A stretch of 64,000 nucleotides of DNA from Escherichia coli (lineage in GTDB: Bacteria > Pseudomonadota > Gammaproteobacteria > Enterobacterales > Enterobacteriaceae). Each line of letters begins with the position of its first letter. The stretch's first letter is position 1. The stretch lies in NCBI RefSeq assembly GCF_050920415.1, contig NZ_CP169309.1; one strand, written 5' to 3'. Under the pieces are notes generated by a model. That model was not told where the DNA came from. It worked only from the letters and a program-made list of their open reading frames with translations, and ran no database searches. This document shows, piece after piece, positions 50,664-62,398 of the stretch. Made by a program: the position numbers and the translations under genes.

Positions 50664-50870
50664 TTAAGCCATCTCTGTTTGCAGACGCATAACCTGACGG
50701 TTAACTTCGGACATCACTGACAAATGCAGCTTATCCTTCACTTTTGGGATAAGAATCTTACCCTTATCAAATTCAAAAGCGCCAACGTCCTTGATGTATA
50801 ACCGTCCACGGAACAGGATCTTTACGTACTTCGCCACCTGCAGTGGGTTGTACCGTTGGAAAATTTTCAT
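50664..50870 (-). CDS. ytfK: DUF1107 small protein YtfK
   Basis: 68-aa ORF from ATG at 50870 ([30 protein letters not shown]) with SD caggag. Confidence 0.85.
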
Positions 50871-51195
50871 TGTTATCTCCTGCTGAGTATTACGCCTTTG
50901 CGGTGCCACAATCGGCCCAACTATTATGAGGCGCAAATTTTAATGCTTAGTGACTATAGACTATCCGGGTAATGTTTCCACCGCGTATAACTTTTTTTAC
51001 CTAAAGGTTACAATTATTCAGAATTATCTTTTTACCGAAGCGCGGTCTTCAGTATAAGCATTCATTTTTCATATGATTTGTGCGCTTGACCGCAAACTGG
51101 CATCACACTTGCGGGAAATTCGATAAATAGCACATATGATTAAAATTCAGACCCCAAGTGGTCGGATCACCTGCATATCATAAGAAGGATACACC

Positions 51196-51750
51196 ATGAC
51201 CCTACGTAAGATTCTGGCACTCACCTGCCTGCTGTTGCCGATGATGGCTTCCGCACATCAGTTTGAAACCGGTCAACGAGTGCCACCGATAGGCATTACC
51301 GATCGGGGCGAGTTGGTGCTTGATAAAGATCAGTTTAGCTACAAAACCTGGAACAGCGCGCAGTTAGTGGGAAAAGTGCGAGTACTGCAACATATTGCTG
51401 GTCGCACCTCTGCAAAAGAGAAAAACGCGACGCTGATTGAAGCGATTAAATCAGCAAAGTTACCGCACGATCGTTACCAGACCACCACCATTGTGAACAC
51501 CGACGACGCGATTCCGGGTTCTGGCATGTTTGTGCGCAGCAGTCTGGAGAGTAATAAAAAGCTTTATCCCTGGTCGCAGTTTATTGTCGATAGCAATGGC
51601 ATCGCGCGCGGTGCCTGGCAGCTAGATGAAGAAAGTTCCGCTGTAGCGGTGCTGGACAAAGACGGTCGAGTGCAATGGGCCAAAGACGGTGCGCTCACTC
51701 AGGAAGAGGTGCAGCAAGTGATGAACCTGCTGCAAAAGTTGCTCAAATAA
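51196..51750 (+). CDS. ytfJ: Periplasmic protein YtfJ
   Basis: 184-aa ORF with signal peptide MTLRKILALTCLLLPMMASA. Confidence 0.85.
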   Translation: MTLRKILALTCLLLPMMASAHQFETGQRVPPIGITDRGELVLDKDQFSYKTWNSAQLVGKVRVLQHIAGRTSAKEKNATLIEAIKSAKLPHDRYQTTTIVNTDDAIPGSGMFVRSSLESNKKLYPWSQFIVDSNGIARGAWQLDEESSAVAVLDKDGRVQWAKDGALTQEEVQQVMNLLQKLLK

Positions 51751-51781
51751 TGTTAATAACATAAATTCTGGAAAAATAAAT

Positions 51782-51812
51782 TTCCCCTATCGATATATAT
51801 GGGATAGGGGAA
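51782..51812. terminator. Bidirectional hairpin between convergent ytfJ and ytfI
   Basis: ttcccctatc gatatatatgg gataggggaa 10-bp perfect stem. Confidence 0.7.
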
Positions 51813-51850
51813 TTAAGTCTCTGAGTTTTTACGCCGAACTCATACTAGTA

Positions 51851-52774
51851 TCAATAACCCTTATTCGCGTTTAACGGTTTTACCTCTTTTTTAAACGCTT
51901 CAATGGTAGATTTATATTTCTTGTGAATCTTGTCTTCGGTATAATTACCGTTTGCGGCCAGATTTGCACTTACAATCGCTTCCACTTGCTCGGTTATTTC
52001 CACTTGTTGGTAACCTGCATTAACCAGAAAATTATAAATAAGAGAGTAATCTTCACCCTGCAAAAAAATATAAGAGCCAGTTCGAAGTTCCTCATCCCCT
52101 CCATAGATTTTAAGAGCAAAGCCCAAAGATTCTATGACCATGGCATAATTTCCATTATTTATTTTCTCGCAAAAATACCATCCTTCACATTCTTTAATGC
52201 TACCTCCTGGCCCTTCAAGTTCAAATTTACCCCGTTTTAATTTGCTTACTACATTCTCCAAATAAGCAGAATCGTAAGATAAGTTACCCGCCGCCTTCCG
52301 AAAATAACCGTTAATCCTTTCAGGTATGTCAGACTGTTTTTTCTGCAAAATATCATAGGCATACAATCTTCTATTTTGTGCTAGTGGAAATTCACGGTTT
52401 TTAAAGTCTATAAATGAGTTATACTCATTTATTGTTATAGGGATTTCTTCGTATTCAAATCCAGTGCCTCGCAATGTCATTGTATATTCGGCACCGTTAT
52501 CTTTAAGGCGGAAGCTGATAAGAAAATTATCCATGGAGTGAACGGTTTCATCTTTTAATGAAAGCACCTGATAACTATTTTTATCGATCTGTGTTGCTCT
52601 AAGAAAGAACTCCCTTAAAATTAACAGACTATCATAATTCGAAATCCAATCCCTTTTCTTAAATGCATGCTGAATATTATTAAAGAAATTATTTGAATGT
52701 ATTTTTGTATGCGATGACTTTACAAATAACTCCACTGCACCAAAAAAATTATTGTGTCTAATCTTGGGTAACAT
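51851..52774 (-). CDS. ytfI: Uncharacterized AT-rich protein YtfI
   Basis: 307-aa ORF MLPKIRHNNFFGAVELFVKSSHTKIHSNNFF; no recognisable motifs. Confidence 0.75.
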   Translation of the reverse strand: MLPKIRHNNFFGAVELFVKSSHTKIHSNNFFNNIQHAFKKRDWISNYDSLLILREFFLRATQIDKNSYQVLSLKDETVHSMDNFLISFRLKDNGAEYTMTLRGTGFEYEEIPITINEYNSFIDFKNREFPLAQNRRLYAYDILQKKQSDIPERINGYFRKAAGNLSYDSAYLENVVSKLKRGKFELEGPGGSIKECEGWYFCEKINNGNYAMVIESLGFALKIYGGDEELRTGSYIFLQGEDYSLIYNFLVNAGYQQVEITEQVEAIVSANLAANGNYTEDKIHKKYKSTIEAFKKEVKPLNANKGY

Positions 52775-52986
52775 ATGACAACCTTATTATATTTGGTTAT
52801 TCTATGTCGCCATTAAATATCTTGTTAAAGAAGTAAACTATCAAAAAATGCTCATTATTAAGATATAACTCATTAGCGTTAGAATATTTACACTTTAAAT
52901 ACAATCCCTTTATATCTATAACTTTTTAGGTTGGAAACAAATCAGGATGGCAGAATCAGGAAATACACTGTTTCTGCCATATATAT

Positions 52987-53727
52987 TTAATAAATAGAGA
53001 CTCTGAACCCAGGATTCAGGAACGACTCGCGCGGGGTATAATCCAGCGGTTTACCCTGCCAGTCGTGAACGTGCGCTCCGGCCGCTGCCGCAACTGCGTG
53101 ACCGGCGGCGGTGTCCCAAATATTGGTTGGCCCGAAACGCGGGTAAAGCTGCGCCTGCCCTTCCGCCACCAGGCAGAATTTCAGCGAAGAGCCGATAGAC
53201 GTGGTTTGATGTTCGCCAAGCTGTTGCAGATACTCTTTCAGCTCCGCATCCGCATGGGAACGGCTGATCACCACCAGCGGCGGGCGCGCATCGCGGACCT
53301 GAATCTGCTTGCGTACACCGCACTCTTCTTTCCAGGCTTTGCCGTCTGCCGCGCTGTACATTACGTTCATTACCGGCGCATACACCACACCTAAAATCGG
53401 TTTGCCGTGGTCGATGAGCGCAATATTAACGGTGAATTCACCATTACGTTTAATAAACTCTTTAGTACCATCCAGCGGGTCTACCAGCCAGTAACGCTGC
53501 CAGTGTTGACGGACTTCCCAACCGGGAGGATCTTCTTCAGAAAGGACCGGAATATCCGGTGTCAGCGTACGTAAACCGTCCATGATAACGGTGTGTGCGG
53601 CAATATCCGCTGCCGTTACCGGAGAATTGTCCGCTTTGCTGACGACGTCCATCGGTTTCGTCCCGTCGTAGACCTGCATAATGGCATCGCCTGCATTCCG
53701 TGCAAGCTGGCATACTTGATCTAACAT
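52987..53727 (-). CDS. cysQ: 3'(2'),5'-bisphosphate nucleotidase
   Basis: 246-aa ORF with inositol monophosphatase family motifs (DPLDGT, WDTAAG). Confidence 0.95.
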   Translation of the reverse strand: MLDQVCQLARNAGDAIMQVYDGTKPMDVVSKADNSPVTAADIAAHTVIMDGLRTLTPDIPVLSEEDPPGWEVRQHWQRYWLVDPLDGTKEFIKRNGEFTVNIALIDHGKPILGVVYAPVMNVMYSAADGKAWKEECGVRKQIQVRDARPPLVVISRSHADAELKEYLQQLGEHQTTSIGSSLKFCLVAEGQAQLYPRFGPTNIWDTAAGHAVAAAAGAHVHDWQGKPLDYTPRESFLNPGFRVSIY

Positions 53728-53916
53728 TTCTCCACCTCGTCTCTGTGAGCGGTGTTAACTTATTGTTTTACTTATACCCTATCGTTAAAGAATGCGCCAA
53801 CTGTGATAGTGTCATCATTTTCAAAGCGTTAAATTGTGGCATTCTTCACTGTTCTAAAAGTAAGAGGTTTATTCTCCCTTTTCTTTCGAATTCCCGATGA
53901 TAAAAGGATGTCCCTG

Positions 53917-55860
53917 ATGATTAAGTTTAGCGCAACGCTCCTGGCCACGCTGATTGCCGCGAGTGTGAATGCAGCGACGGTCGATCTGCGTATCATGGAA
54001 ACCACTGATTTGCATAGCAACATGATGGATTTCGATTATTACAAAGACACCGCCACGGAAAAATTCGGACTGGTACGTACGGCAAGCCTGATTAACGATG
54101 CCCGCAATGAAGTGAAAAACAGCGTACTGGTCGATAATGGCGATTTGATTCAGGGGAGTCCGCTGGCCGATTACATGTCGGCGAAAGGATTAAAAGCCGG
54201 AGATATTCATCCGGTCTATAAGGCATTGAATACGCTGGACTATACCGTCGGCACACTCGGTAACCACGAGTTTAACTACGGTCTGGATTACCTGAAAAAT
54301 GCACTGGCAGGAGCGAAATTCCCTTATGTAAACGCCAACGTCATTGACGCTAAAACCAAACAGCCCATGTTTACACCGTATTTGATTAAAGACACCGAAG
54401 TGGTCGATAAAGACGGAAAAAAACAGACGCTGAAGATTGGCTATATTGGCGTCGTACCGCCGCAGATTATGGGATGGGATAAAGCTAATTTATCTGGCAA
54501 AGTCACCGTTAACGATATAACGGAAACTGTGCGCAAGTACGTACCTGAAATGCGCGAGAAAGGTGCCGATCTCGTTGTCGTTTTGGCGCATTCTGGTCTC
54601 TCTGCCGATCCGTATAAAGTGATGGCAGAAAACTCAGTTTATTACCTCAGTGAAATTCCGGGCGTTGATGCCATTATGTTTGGCCATGCTCACGCCGTCT
54701 TCCCGAGTAAAGATTTTGCGAATATCAAAGGGGCTGATATCGCCAAAGGCACGCTGAACGGCGTTCCGGCGGTAATGCCGGGCATGTGGGGCGATCATCT
54801 CGGCGTGGTCGATCTGCAACTCAATAATGACAGCGGAAAATGGCAGGTGACGCAGGCGAAAGCGGAAGCACGGCCAATTTACGATATCGCCAATAAAAAA
54901 TCCCTCGCGGCGGAAGACAGCAAGCTGGTAGAAACACTTAAAGCCGATCACAACGCCACACGCCAGTTTGTCAGCAAACCAATCGGTAAATCTGCCGACA
55001 ATATGTATAGCTATTTGGCGCTGGTGCAGGACGATCCGACCGTGCAGGTGGTGAATAATGCACAAAAAGCGTATGTCGAACATTACATTCAGGGCGATCC
55101 GGATCTGGCAAAACTGCCGGTGCTTTCAGCTGCCGCACCGTTTAAAGTCGGTGGTCGCAAAAATGATCCGGCAAGCTATGTGGAGGTGGAAAAAGGTCAG
55201 CTGACTTTCCGTAATGCTGCCGATCTTTATCTCTATCCCAATACGCTGATTGTGGTGAAAGCCAGCGGTAAAGAGGTGAAAGAGTGGCTGGAGTGCTCCG
55301 CCGGACAGTTTAACCAGATTGATCCTAACAGCACGAAACCGCAGTCACTCATCAACTGGGATAGTTTCCGCACCTATAACTTTGACGTCATTGATGGTGT
55401 GAATTATCAGATTGATGTTACTCAGCCCGCCCGCTATGACGGCGAGTGCCAGGTGGTTAATGCCAATGCGGAAAGAATTAAGAACCTGACCTTTAACGGC
55501 AAGCCGATTGATCCGAACGCGATGTTCCTCGTTGCCACCAATAACTATCGCGCTTACGGCGGCAAATTTGCAGGTACGGGCGATAGCCATATCGCTTTTG
55601 CTTCACCGGATGAGAACCGCTCGGTGCTGGCAGCGTGGATTGCAGATGAGTCGAAGCGTGCGGGAGAAATTCACCCGGCGGCAGATAACAACTGGCGTTT
55701 AGCACCGATTCCCGGCGATAAGAAACTGGATATCCGTTTCGAAACCTCTCCGTCAGATAAAGCCGCAGAGTTTATTAAAGAGAAAGGGCAGTATCCGATG
55801 AATAAAGTCGCGACCGATGATATCGGCTTTGCGATTTATCAGGTGGATTTGAGTAAGTAA
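53917..55860 (+). CDS. cpdB: 2',3'-cyclic-nucleotide 2'-phosphodiesterase / 3'-nucleotidase
   Basis: 647-aa ORF from ATG at 53917 with signal peptide [20 protein letters not shown] and metallophosphatase motifs. Confidence 0.95.
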   Translation: MIKFSATLLATLIAASVNAATVDLRIMETTDLHSNMMDFDYYKDTATEKFGLVRTASLINDARNEVKNSVLVDNGDLIQGSPLADYMSAKGLKAGDIHPVYKALNTLDYTVGTLGNHEFNYGLDYLKNALAGAKFPYVNANVIDAKTKQPMFTPYLIKDTEVVDKDGKKQTLKIGYIGVVPPQIMGWDKANLSGKVTVNDITETVRKYVPEMREKGADLVVVLAHSGLSADPYKVMAENSVYYLSEIPGVDAIMFGHAHAVFPSKDFANIKGADIAKGTLNGVPAVMPGMWGDHLGVVDLQLNNDSGKWQVTQAKAEARPIYDIANKKSLAAEDSKLVETLKADHNATRQFVSKPIGKSADNMYSYLALVQDDPTVQVVNNAQKAYVEHYIQGDPDLAKLPVLSAAAPFKVGGRKNDPASYVEVEKGQLTFRNAADLYLYPNTLIVVKASGKEVKEWLECSAGQFNQIDPNSTKPQSLINWDSFRTYNFDVIDGVNYQIDVTQPARYDGECQVVNANAERIKNLTFNGKPIDPNAMFLVATNNYRAYGGKFAGTGDSHIAFASPDENRSVLAAWIADESKRAGEIHPAADNNWRLAPIPGDKKLDIRFETSPSDKAAEFIKEKGQYPMNKVATDDIGFAIYQVDLSK

Positions 55861-55884
55861 AACACTTTTCCCGTCTATAGATAT

Positions 55885-55980
55885 GAACCGCATCCGGCAT
55901 TTATTGGCGGATGCGGTGCTGCTGCATCTTATCCGCCCTACAGGTCATGAACCGTAGGCCGAATAAGCGCAGCGCATCCG
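55885..55980. repeat. REP cluster between cpdB and ytfH
   Basis: gcatccggcatttattggcggatgcggtgctgctgcatcttatccgccctacaggtcatgaaccgtaggccgaataagcgcagcgcatccggc. Confidence 0.8.
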
Positions 55981-55984
55981 GCTG

Positions 55985-56365
55985 TTATGCCGCACGTTCA
56001 TCCCGCACTGCCAACACCTCAGGCAAATTCAACTCAATCCAGTCCGCCAGTGCAGCAACCTTTTCGCTCACCTGCTCGCCCAGCGGCGTGAGGCTGTATT
56101 CCACATGCGGCGGCACCACCGGATAAGAGATACGGTTAAGAAACCCATCCTGCTCTAACGCCTGTAACGACTGCGCAAGCATCTTTTCACTCACCCCACC
56201 CATCTTGCGGCGCAGGTCGCTAAAACGGTGCGTACCTTCGCGAAGCGCGACCAGAATCAATACCCCCCAACGGCTGGTGACGTGTTTCAACACCTCGCGC
56301 GACGGGCACTGTTCGGCGAAGAGGTTACCCTCTTTCAGTTGTTGCGACAGGCTAGCCTGGCTCAT
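55985..56365 (-). CDS. ytfH: HxlR-family transcriptional regulator
   Basis: 126-aa ORF; HxlR-type winged helix. Confidence 0.85.
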   Translation of the reverse strand: MSQASLSQQLKEGNLFAEQCPSREVLKHVTSRWGVLILVALREGTHRFSDLRRKMGGVSEKMLAQSLQALEQDGFLNRISYPVVPPHVEYSLTPLGEQVSEKVAALADWIELNLPEVLAVRDERAA

Positions 56366-56452
56366 TCATACTTACCTTTTTGTACGTACTTACTAAAAGT
56401 AAGTTTAGGTGGTAGCGTATTTAAACACAAGACAAACCGATGGAGGCTTCCC

Positions 56453-57313
56453 ATGATCGCAATTACCGGCGCAACCGGCCAACTTGGTCACCATGTTATT
56501 AACTCCTTACTGAAAACCGTTCCTGCCAGCCAAATAGTGGCTATCGCGCGTAACCCGGCAAAAGCACACGCACTGACAGCACAAGGCATTACTGTACGTC
56601 AGGCTGACTACGGCGATGAAGCCGCACTGACATCTGCGCTTCAGGGTGTGGAAAAACTGCTGCTGATCTCTTCCAGCGAAGTGGGGCAACGTGCCCTGCA
56701 GCATCGAAATGTTATTAATGCCGCTAAGGCGGCGGGCGTGAAATTTATCGCTTATACCAGCCTGCTACATGCTGATACCTCCCCGCTCGGCCTCGCCGAT
56801 GAGCACATCGAGACGGAGAAAATGCTGGCTGTTTCTGGCATCGCTTACACCTTGCTGCGCAACGGCTGGTACACCGAAAACTATCTCGCCAGCGCCCCGG
56901 CAGCACTGGAGCACGGCGTATTTATCGGTGCCGCGGGCGATGGCAAAATTGCCTCAGCTACGCGAGCTGATTATGCGGTAGCTGCGGCGCGCGTAATTAG
57001 CGAAGCAGGTCACGAAGGCAAGGTTTATGAACTGGCAGGTGATAGCGCCTGGACACTGACACAGTTAGCGGCGGAACTCACCAAACAGAGCGGCAAACAG
57101 GTTACCTATCAAAACCTGAGCGAAGCTGATTTCGCCGCGGCGCTGAAAAGCGTCGGTCTGCCTGACGGGCTGGCGGATATGCTGGCAGATTCTGACGTTG
57201 GCGCATCGAAAGGCGGCCTGTTTGATGACAGCAAAACGCTGAGCAAATTGATTGGCCGCCCAACGACAACATTAGCCGAGAGCGTAAGCCATCTTTTTAA
57301 TGTTAATAACTAG
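56453..57313 (+). CDS. qorB: NAD(P)H:quinone oxidoreductase, NmrA-like
   Basis: 286-aa ORF from ATG at 56453 (MIAITGATGQLGHHV) with SD tggagg; Rossmann GATGQLG. Confidence 0.9.
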   Translation: MIAITGATGQLGHHVINSLLKTVPASQIVAIARNPAKAHALTAQGITVRQADYGDEAALTSALQGVEKLLLISSSEVGQRALQHRNVINAAKAAGVKFIAYTSLLHADTSPLGLADEHIETEKMLAVSGIAYTLLRNGWYTENYLASAPAALEHGVFIGAAGDGKIASATRADYAVAAARVISEAGHEGKVYELAGDSAWTLTQLAAELTKQSGKQVTYQNLSEADFAAALKSVGLPDGLADMLADSDVGASKGGLFDDSKTLSKLIGRPTTTLAESVSHLFNVNN

Positions 57314-57411
57314 TTAATTAAAGTGGCATCCTCCCGTATCCTCTCTGATAATGACGGGATGCGGGGAGCAATCATGTCTGCTTCCTGAACTTTCTTCTGA
57401 CAGACCAATGG

Positions 57412-58386
57412 ATGCCAGTAATGATTAGCGGCGTGCTGTACGCCCTGTTAGCAGGGTTGATGTGGGGGCTTATATTTGTCGGGCCGTTGATCGTGCCGGA
57501 ATACCCGGCGATGTTGCAGTCGATGGGGCGTTATCTGGCGTTAGGGTTAATTGCGCTACCCATTGCCTGGCTGGGGCGCGTGCGTCTGCGTCAGTTAGCG
57601 CGTCGCGACTGGCTTACGGCCTTGATGCTCACTATGATGGGCAACCTTATCTATTACTTCTGTCTTGCCAGTGCCATTCAACGTACTGGCGCGCCTGTTT
57701 CCACGATGATTATCGGCACCCTGCCGGTGGTTATTCCTGTCTTCGCCAATCTGCTTTATAGCCAGCGTGACGGTAAACTCGCGTGGGGGAAACTCGCCCC
57801 GGCGCTGGTTTGTATTGGCATCGGCCTGGCATGTGTAAATATTGCTGAGTTAGACCACGGACTCCCCGATTTTGACTGGGTACGTTATGCCTCAGGCATC
57901 GTACTGGCGCTAGTCTCCGTGGTCTGCTGGGCGTGGTATGCCTTGCGCAACGCCCGTTGGCTGCGGGAAAACCCAGACAAACATCCGATGATGTGGGCGA
58001 CGGCGCAGGCGCTGGTCACGCTGCCGGTTTCGCTCATCGGTTATCTTGTCGCCTGTTACTGGCTGAATACGCAAACGCCGGACTTCTCCCTACCTTTTGG
58101 CCCCCGTCCGCTGGTGTTTATTAGTCTGATGATTGCGATAGCCGTGCTTTGCTCATGGGTTGGCGCACTTTGCTGGAACGTCGCCAGCCAGCGATTACCA
58201 ACGGTGATTCTCGGGCCGCTGATTGTCTTCGAAACGCTGGCAGGTTTGCTGTACACCTTTTTGTTACGCCAGCAAATGCCGCCGCTGATGACGCTGAGCG
58301 GTATCGCGCTGTTAGTGGTTGGCGTGGTCATTGCGGTCAGAGCAAAACCGGAAAAACCCTTAATTGAACCTGTCTCTGAAAGTTGA
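57412..58386 (+). CDS. ytfF: EamA/DMT-family inner membrane transporter
   Basis: 324-aa polytopic membrane ORF. Confidence 0.85.
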   Translation: MPVMISGVLYALLAGLMWGLIFVGPLIVPEYPAMLQSMGRYLALGLIALPIAWLGRVRLRQLARRDWLTALMLTMMGNLIYYFCLASAIQRTGAPVSTMIIGTLPVVIPVFANLLYSQRDGKLAWGKLAPALVCIGIGLACVNIAELDHGLPDFDWVRYASGIVLALVSVVCWAWYALRNARWLRENPDKHPMMWATAQALVTLPVSLIGYLVACYWLNTQTPDFSLPFGPRPLVFISLMIAIAVLCSWVGALCWNVASQRLPTVILGPLIVFETLAGLLYTFLLRQQMPPLMTLSGIALLVVGVVIAVRAKPEKPLIEPVSES

Positions 58387-58444
58387 CACGCTTGCAGTGA
58401 GTTAAATAAGCCTCTGCTACGTAAGGGTTATAGCATTCACCTTA

Positions 58445-58467
58445 AAGATGCATTTAAAATACATCTT
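58445..58467. promoter_or_regulatory. NsrR-type operator in ytfE promoter
   Basis: aagatgcatttaaaatacatctt, near-perfect 11-1-11 inverted repeat 27 bp upstream of ytfE ATG. Confidence 0.8.
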
Positions 58468-58493
58468 ATCTTATTAAGAATGAGGTATCAGCT

Positions 58494-59156
58494 ATGGCTT
58501 ATCGCGACCAACCTTTAGGTGAACTGGCGCTCTCTATTCCTCGCGCTTCGGCTCTGTTTCGTAAATATGATATGGATTACTGCTGTGGCGGTAAGCAAAC
58601 GCTGGCGCGCGCGGCGGCACGTAAAGAACTGGATGTTGAGGTCATTGAAGCCGAACTGGCAAAGCTTGCTGAACAACCGATTGAGAAAGACTGGCGTAGC
58701 GCCCCACTGGCAGAAATCATCGACCATATCATCGTGCGCTACCACGATCGTCACCGTGAACAACTGCCGGAACTGATTCTGCAAGCGACTAAAGTCGAAC
58801 GCGTTCACGCCGACAAACCGAGCGTGCCAAAAGGGCTGACAAAATACCTGACCATGCTGCATGAAGAGCTTTCCAGCCACATGATGAAAGAAGAGCAGAT
58901 CCTCTTCCCGATGCTCAAACAAGGCATGGGTAGCCAGGCGATGGGGCCAATTAGCGTAATGGAAAGCGAGCACGATGAAGCGGGTGAACTGCTGGAAGTA
59001 ATCAAACACACTACCAATAACGTCACACCGCCGCCGGAAGCCTGCACCACCTGGAAAGCGATGTATAACGGTATTAATGAACTGATTGATGACCTGATGG
59101 AGCACATCAGTCTGGAAAACAATGTGCTGTTCCCGCGCGCGCTGGCGGGTGAGTGA
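58494..59156 (+). CDS. ytfE: Iron-sulfur cluster repair di-iron protein (RIC)
   Basis: 220-aa [45 protein letters not shown]. Confidence 0.95.
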   Translation: MAYRDQPLGELALSIPRASALFRKYDMDYCCGGKQTLARAAARKELDVEVIEAELAKLAEQPIEKDWRSAPLAEIIDHIIVRYHDRHREQLPELILQATKVERVHADKPSVPKGLTKYLTMLHEELSSHMMKEEQILFPMLKQGMGSQAMGPISVMESEHDEAGELLEVIKHTTNNVTPPPEACTTWKAMYNGINELIDDLMEHISLENNVLFPRALAGE

Positions 59157-59163
59157 TCTAAAA

Positions 59164-59188
59164 GCTGGATGGCATTGCGCCATCCAGC
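59164..59188. terminator. Hairpin between convergent ytfE and cycA
   Basis: gctggatggc attgc gccatccagc perfect 10-bp stem. Confidence 0.7.
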
Positions 59189-59200
59189 ATGATAAAGCCG

Positions 59201-60613
59201 TTACTTCCGCAGTTCAGCAGTCCGCTTCTTACCAATAAACAACCAGCCCAACCCCAGCGCGATAAACCACAGCGGGGTAACCAGCAGCGCCTGGCGAGTG
59301 TCATCTTCCAGTGTCAGCAGCACGATCACGAACACAAAGAACGCCATACATACCCAGCACATCAGCTTACCGAGCGGCATCTTGTAGATTGATTTCTCAT
59401 GCAGGTGCGGACGCTGTTTGCGATACACCAGGTATGAGCAAAGGATAATCGTCCAGACGAACATAAACAGAATCGCGGAAACAGTCGTGATCATCGTGAA
59501 CGCGCCAATTACACTTGGATTCACATACAACATCACCACGCCGCCGAGCAGACAGATACAAGAGAAGGTCAGCCCTTTCGCTGGTACGGCGCGCTTAGAA
59601 AGTTTAGCGAACGCTTTCGGCGCAACACCTTCCTGGGCCAGACCAAACAGCATACGGCTGGTAGAGAAGACGCCGCTGTTAGCGGAAGACGCCGCAGAGG
59701 TCAGCACCACAAAGTTGATTACGCTGGCAGCCGCAGGCAAACCCACCAATACAAAAAGTTCAACGAACGGGCTTTTCTCCGGGACTACCGAACTCCACGG
59801 CGTCACGGACATAATCACAATCAGCGCGAAGACGTAGAACATAATGATACGGATCGGAATGGAGTTAATCGCACGTGGCAGTGATTTCTCCGGATCTTTC
59901 GTTTCCGCAGCGGTTGTACCGACCAGCTCAATCCCCACGAAAGCGAAAACCGCTATCTGGAATCCGGCAAAGAAGCCACTTAAACCTTTCGGGAACCAGC
60001 CGCCGTCATTCCACAAATGCGCAAACGACGCTTCCACACCGGTCGGTGACTGGAAGTGCATCATGACCATGACCAGGCCGACGACAATCAGTGACACGAT
60101 GGCGACAATTTTGATCATCGCAAACCAGAACTCCATCTCACCGAACATTTTCACGGTAGCGAGGTTGAGCGTCAGCAGCAGCACTATCACCGCCAGCGAG
60201 GCAACCCAGTCGGAGAGATCGGGGAACCAGAACTGAGCATAGGCAGTGATGGCCACCACGTCCGCCATACCGGTAACCACCCAGCAGAACCAGTAGGTCC
60301 AGCCAGTGAAATATCCCGCCCATGGCCCCAGTAAATCGGAAGCGAAGTCACTAAAAGATTTGTATTCCAGATTCGAAAGCAGCAATTCCCCCATTGCCCG
60401 CATCACGAAAAAGAGCATAAAACCGATGATCATATAAACGAAGATGATCGACGGTCCGGCAAGGCTGATTGTTTTACCGGACCCCATAAACAACCCCGTA
60501 CCAATGGCCCCACCAATGGCAATAAGCTGAATATGTCGGTTTGTGAGATTGCGCCGTAGCGACTGTTCAGCCGGAGCCTGATCATCGGCAACGACTTTTA
60601 CCTGATCTACCAT
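59201..60613 (-). CDS. cycA: D-serine/D-alanine/glycine transporter (APC family)
   Basis: 470-aa polytopic membrane ORF MVDQVKVVADDQAPAEQSLRRNLTNRHIQLIAIGGAIGTGLFMGSG. Confidence 0.95.
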   Translation of the reverse strand: MVDQVKVVADDQAPAEQSLRRNLTNRHIQLIAIGGAIGTGLFMGSGKTISLAGPSIIFVYMIIGFMLFFVMRAMGELLLSNLEYKSFSDFASDLLGPWAGYFTGWTYWFCWVVTGMADVVAITAYAQFWFPDLSDWVASLAVIVLLLTLNLATVKMFGEMEFWFAMIKIVAIVSLIVVGLVMVMMHFQSPTGVEASFAHLWNDGGWFPKGLSGFFAGFQIAVFAFVGIELVGTTAAETKDPEKSLPRAINSIPIRIIMFYVFALIVIMSVTPWSSVVPEKSPFVELFVLVGLPAAASVINFVVLTSAASSANSGVFSTSRMLFGLAQEGVAPKAFAKLSKRAVPAKGLTFSCICLLGGVVMLYVNPSVIGAFTMITTVSAILFMFVWTIILCSYLVYRKQRPHLHEKSIYKMPLGKLMCWVCMAFFVFVIVLLTLEDDTRQALLVTPLWFIALGLGWLFIGKKRTAELRK

Positions 60614-60921
60614 GTTTTTTTCTTCCTGTACCTGTCTGTGTTGTTCAGGCTCTGCGGCCTTTAGTCAGTCTATGATACGACGAATCTGTATCGGGACTCA
60701 TCGATATTAGGTAACAATACGCGGGATGAATACTAAGATTTAGATCTAATGTTAATTTTATGTTTAAAGTGAGTGTCATATCACGGTGATAACGCGAAAC
60801 AGCTCACAAAAATACACGCTTACGTGGTCTTTGCAACACAAAATAGCGCCATTTGGCAAACTGAAGGGTTTATTGCTGAATGCCTGCTCCCCTCTGGCTC
60901 GAGGGGAACAGAATGCGCTGC

Positions 60922-61542
60922 TTAGAGGATTTCCAGCAGTTCGACTTCAAACACCAGGGTGCTGAACGGAGGGATGGACGCGCCTGCGCCACGCTCGCCA
61001 TAGGCCAGTTCCTGCGGGATAGTCAGTTCCCATTTAGAACCTACCGGCATCAGAGTCAGTGCTTCAATCCAGCCAGGGATCACGCCGTTAACCGGGAATT
61101 CAGCTGGCTCGCCACGGGCAACAGAGCTGTCAAACACAGTGCCGTCGATCAGTTTACCGGTGTAATGAACACGAACGCGGTCAGTGCGTGCCGGAATTGC
61201 GCCTTCCCCCTGATTGATCACGCGGAATTGCAGGCCAGATTCGGTGCTATTCACACCTTCTTTTTTGGCGTTTTCTTCCAGGTATTTCACACCTTCAGCA
61301 GCCATCGCCTGGAAACGCTGACGACGAACGGCATCGGCGCGTTCGTGGATTTCACGCAGCGCGCGGTGCACCACATCAACCGGAACAGCCGGATGTTTGC
61401 CTTCCAGCGCATCGGCAATGCCTGCAACCAGGGCTTCTGGCAGCAGCCCTTCCAGGCCTGATTCACTCAGTTGTTGCCCTACCTGCAAACCAATGCCGTA
61501 GCTTGCTTGCGCTTCGATGGTGTCAAAAGTTGGGGTGGTCAT
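60922..61542 (-). CDS. fklB: FKBP-type peptidyl-prolyl cis-trans isomerase
   Basis: 206-aa ORF from ATG at 61542 ([18 protein letters not shown]...). Confidence 0.95.
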
Positions 61543-61759
61543 CGTATTTCCTTTCTTAGGGTATAAAGTAGCGGGCAGCATATCAGCCACACTTCTTTGG
61601 GTAAAACTTTGTCGCGGGAATGATGACAAATCCCGGGGAAAAAGAAACAATAGCAATATCCCGTATGAATATAATAAAGGCGGGTTTACCACGGACATCA
61701 TAGCGTTAGCTTATTCATAGGCTATGATTGAGGAACAAGACGCGGAGCAGGAGGAAACC

Positions 61760-62398
61760 ATGCCCGGGCGCTTTGAACTAAAACCAACCCTGGAGAAAGT
61801 CTGGCACGCGCCGGACAATTTTCGCTTCATGGACCCGCTACCGCCGATGCATCGTCGGGGGATCATTATTGCCGCTATTGTATTGGTGGTCGGATTTCTA
61901 CTCCCGTCGGATGATACGCCAAACGCGCCGGTGGTGACGCGTGAAGCACAGTTAGATATTCAGTCGCAATCACAACCGCCGACAGAAGAACAGCTGCGGG
62001 CGCAATTAGTCACACCACAAAATGATCCTGATCAGGTGGCTCCGGTCGCTCCAGAACCGATACAGGAAGGCCAACCGGAAGAGCAGCCGCAAACCTCGCA
62101 AGTGCAACCTTTCCAGCCAGATAGCGGAATTGACAATCAATGGCGCTCTTATCGTGTCGAACCCGGTAAAACAATGGCGCAGCTGTTCCGCGACCACGGA
62201 CTGCCCGCTACCGATGTCTATGCAATGGCGCAGGTAGAAGGCGCGGATAAGCCACTGAGTAATTTGCAAAATGGGCAGATGGTGAAAATCCGCCAGAACG
62301 CCAGCGGCGTGGTGACGGGCTTAACCATTGATACGGGAAATAATCAACAGGTTCTGTTTACCCGCCAGCCGGATGGCAGTTTTATTCGCGCGCGGTAG
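61760..62398 (+). CDS. ytfB: OapA/LysM-domain cell-division-associated protein
   Basis: 212-aa ORF from ATG at 61760 ([23 protein letters not shown]) with membrane anchor and Pro/Gln-rich linker. Confidence 0.85.
   Translation: MPGRFELKPTLEKVWHAPDNFRFMDPLPPMHRRGIIIAAIVLVVGFLLPSDDTPNAPVVTREAQLDIQSQSQPPTEEQLRAQLVTPQNDPDQVAPVAPEPIQEGQPEEQPQTSQVQPFQPDSGIDNQWRSYRVEPGKTMAQLFRDHGLPATDVYAMAQVEGADKPLSNLQNGQMVKIRQNASGVVTGLTIDTGNNQQVLFTRQPDGSFIRAR

Noticed and set aside
50937-51195. Possible Pho box or other operator in the ytfK-ytfJ divergent region
   Set aside because: No convincing match to the PhoB direct-repeat consensus could be found by eye; left uncalled.
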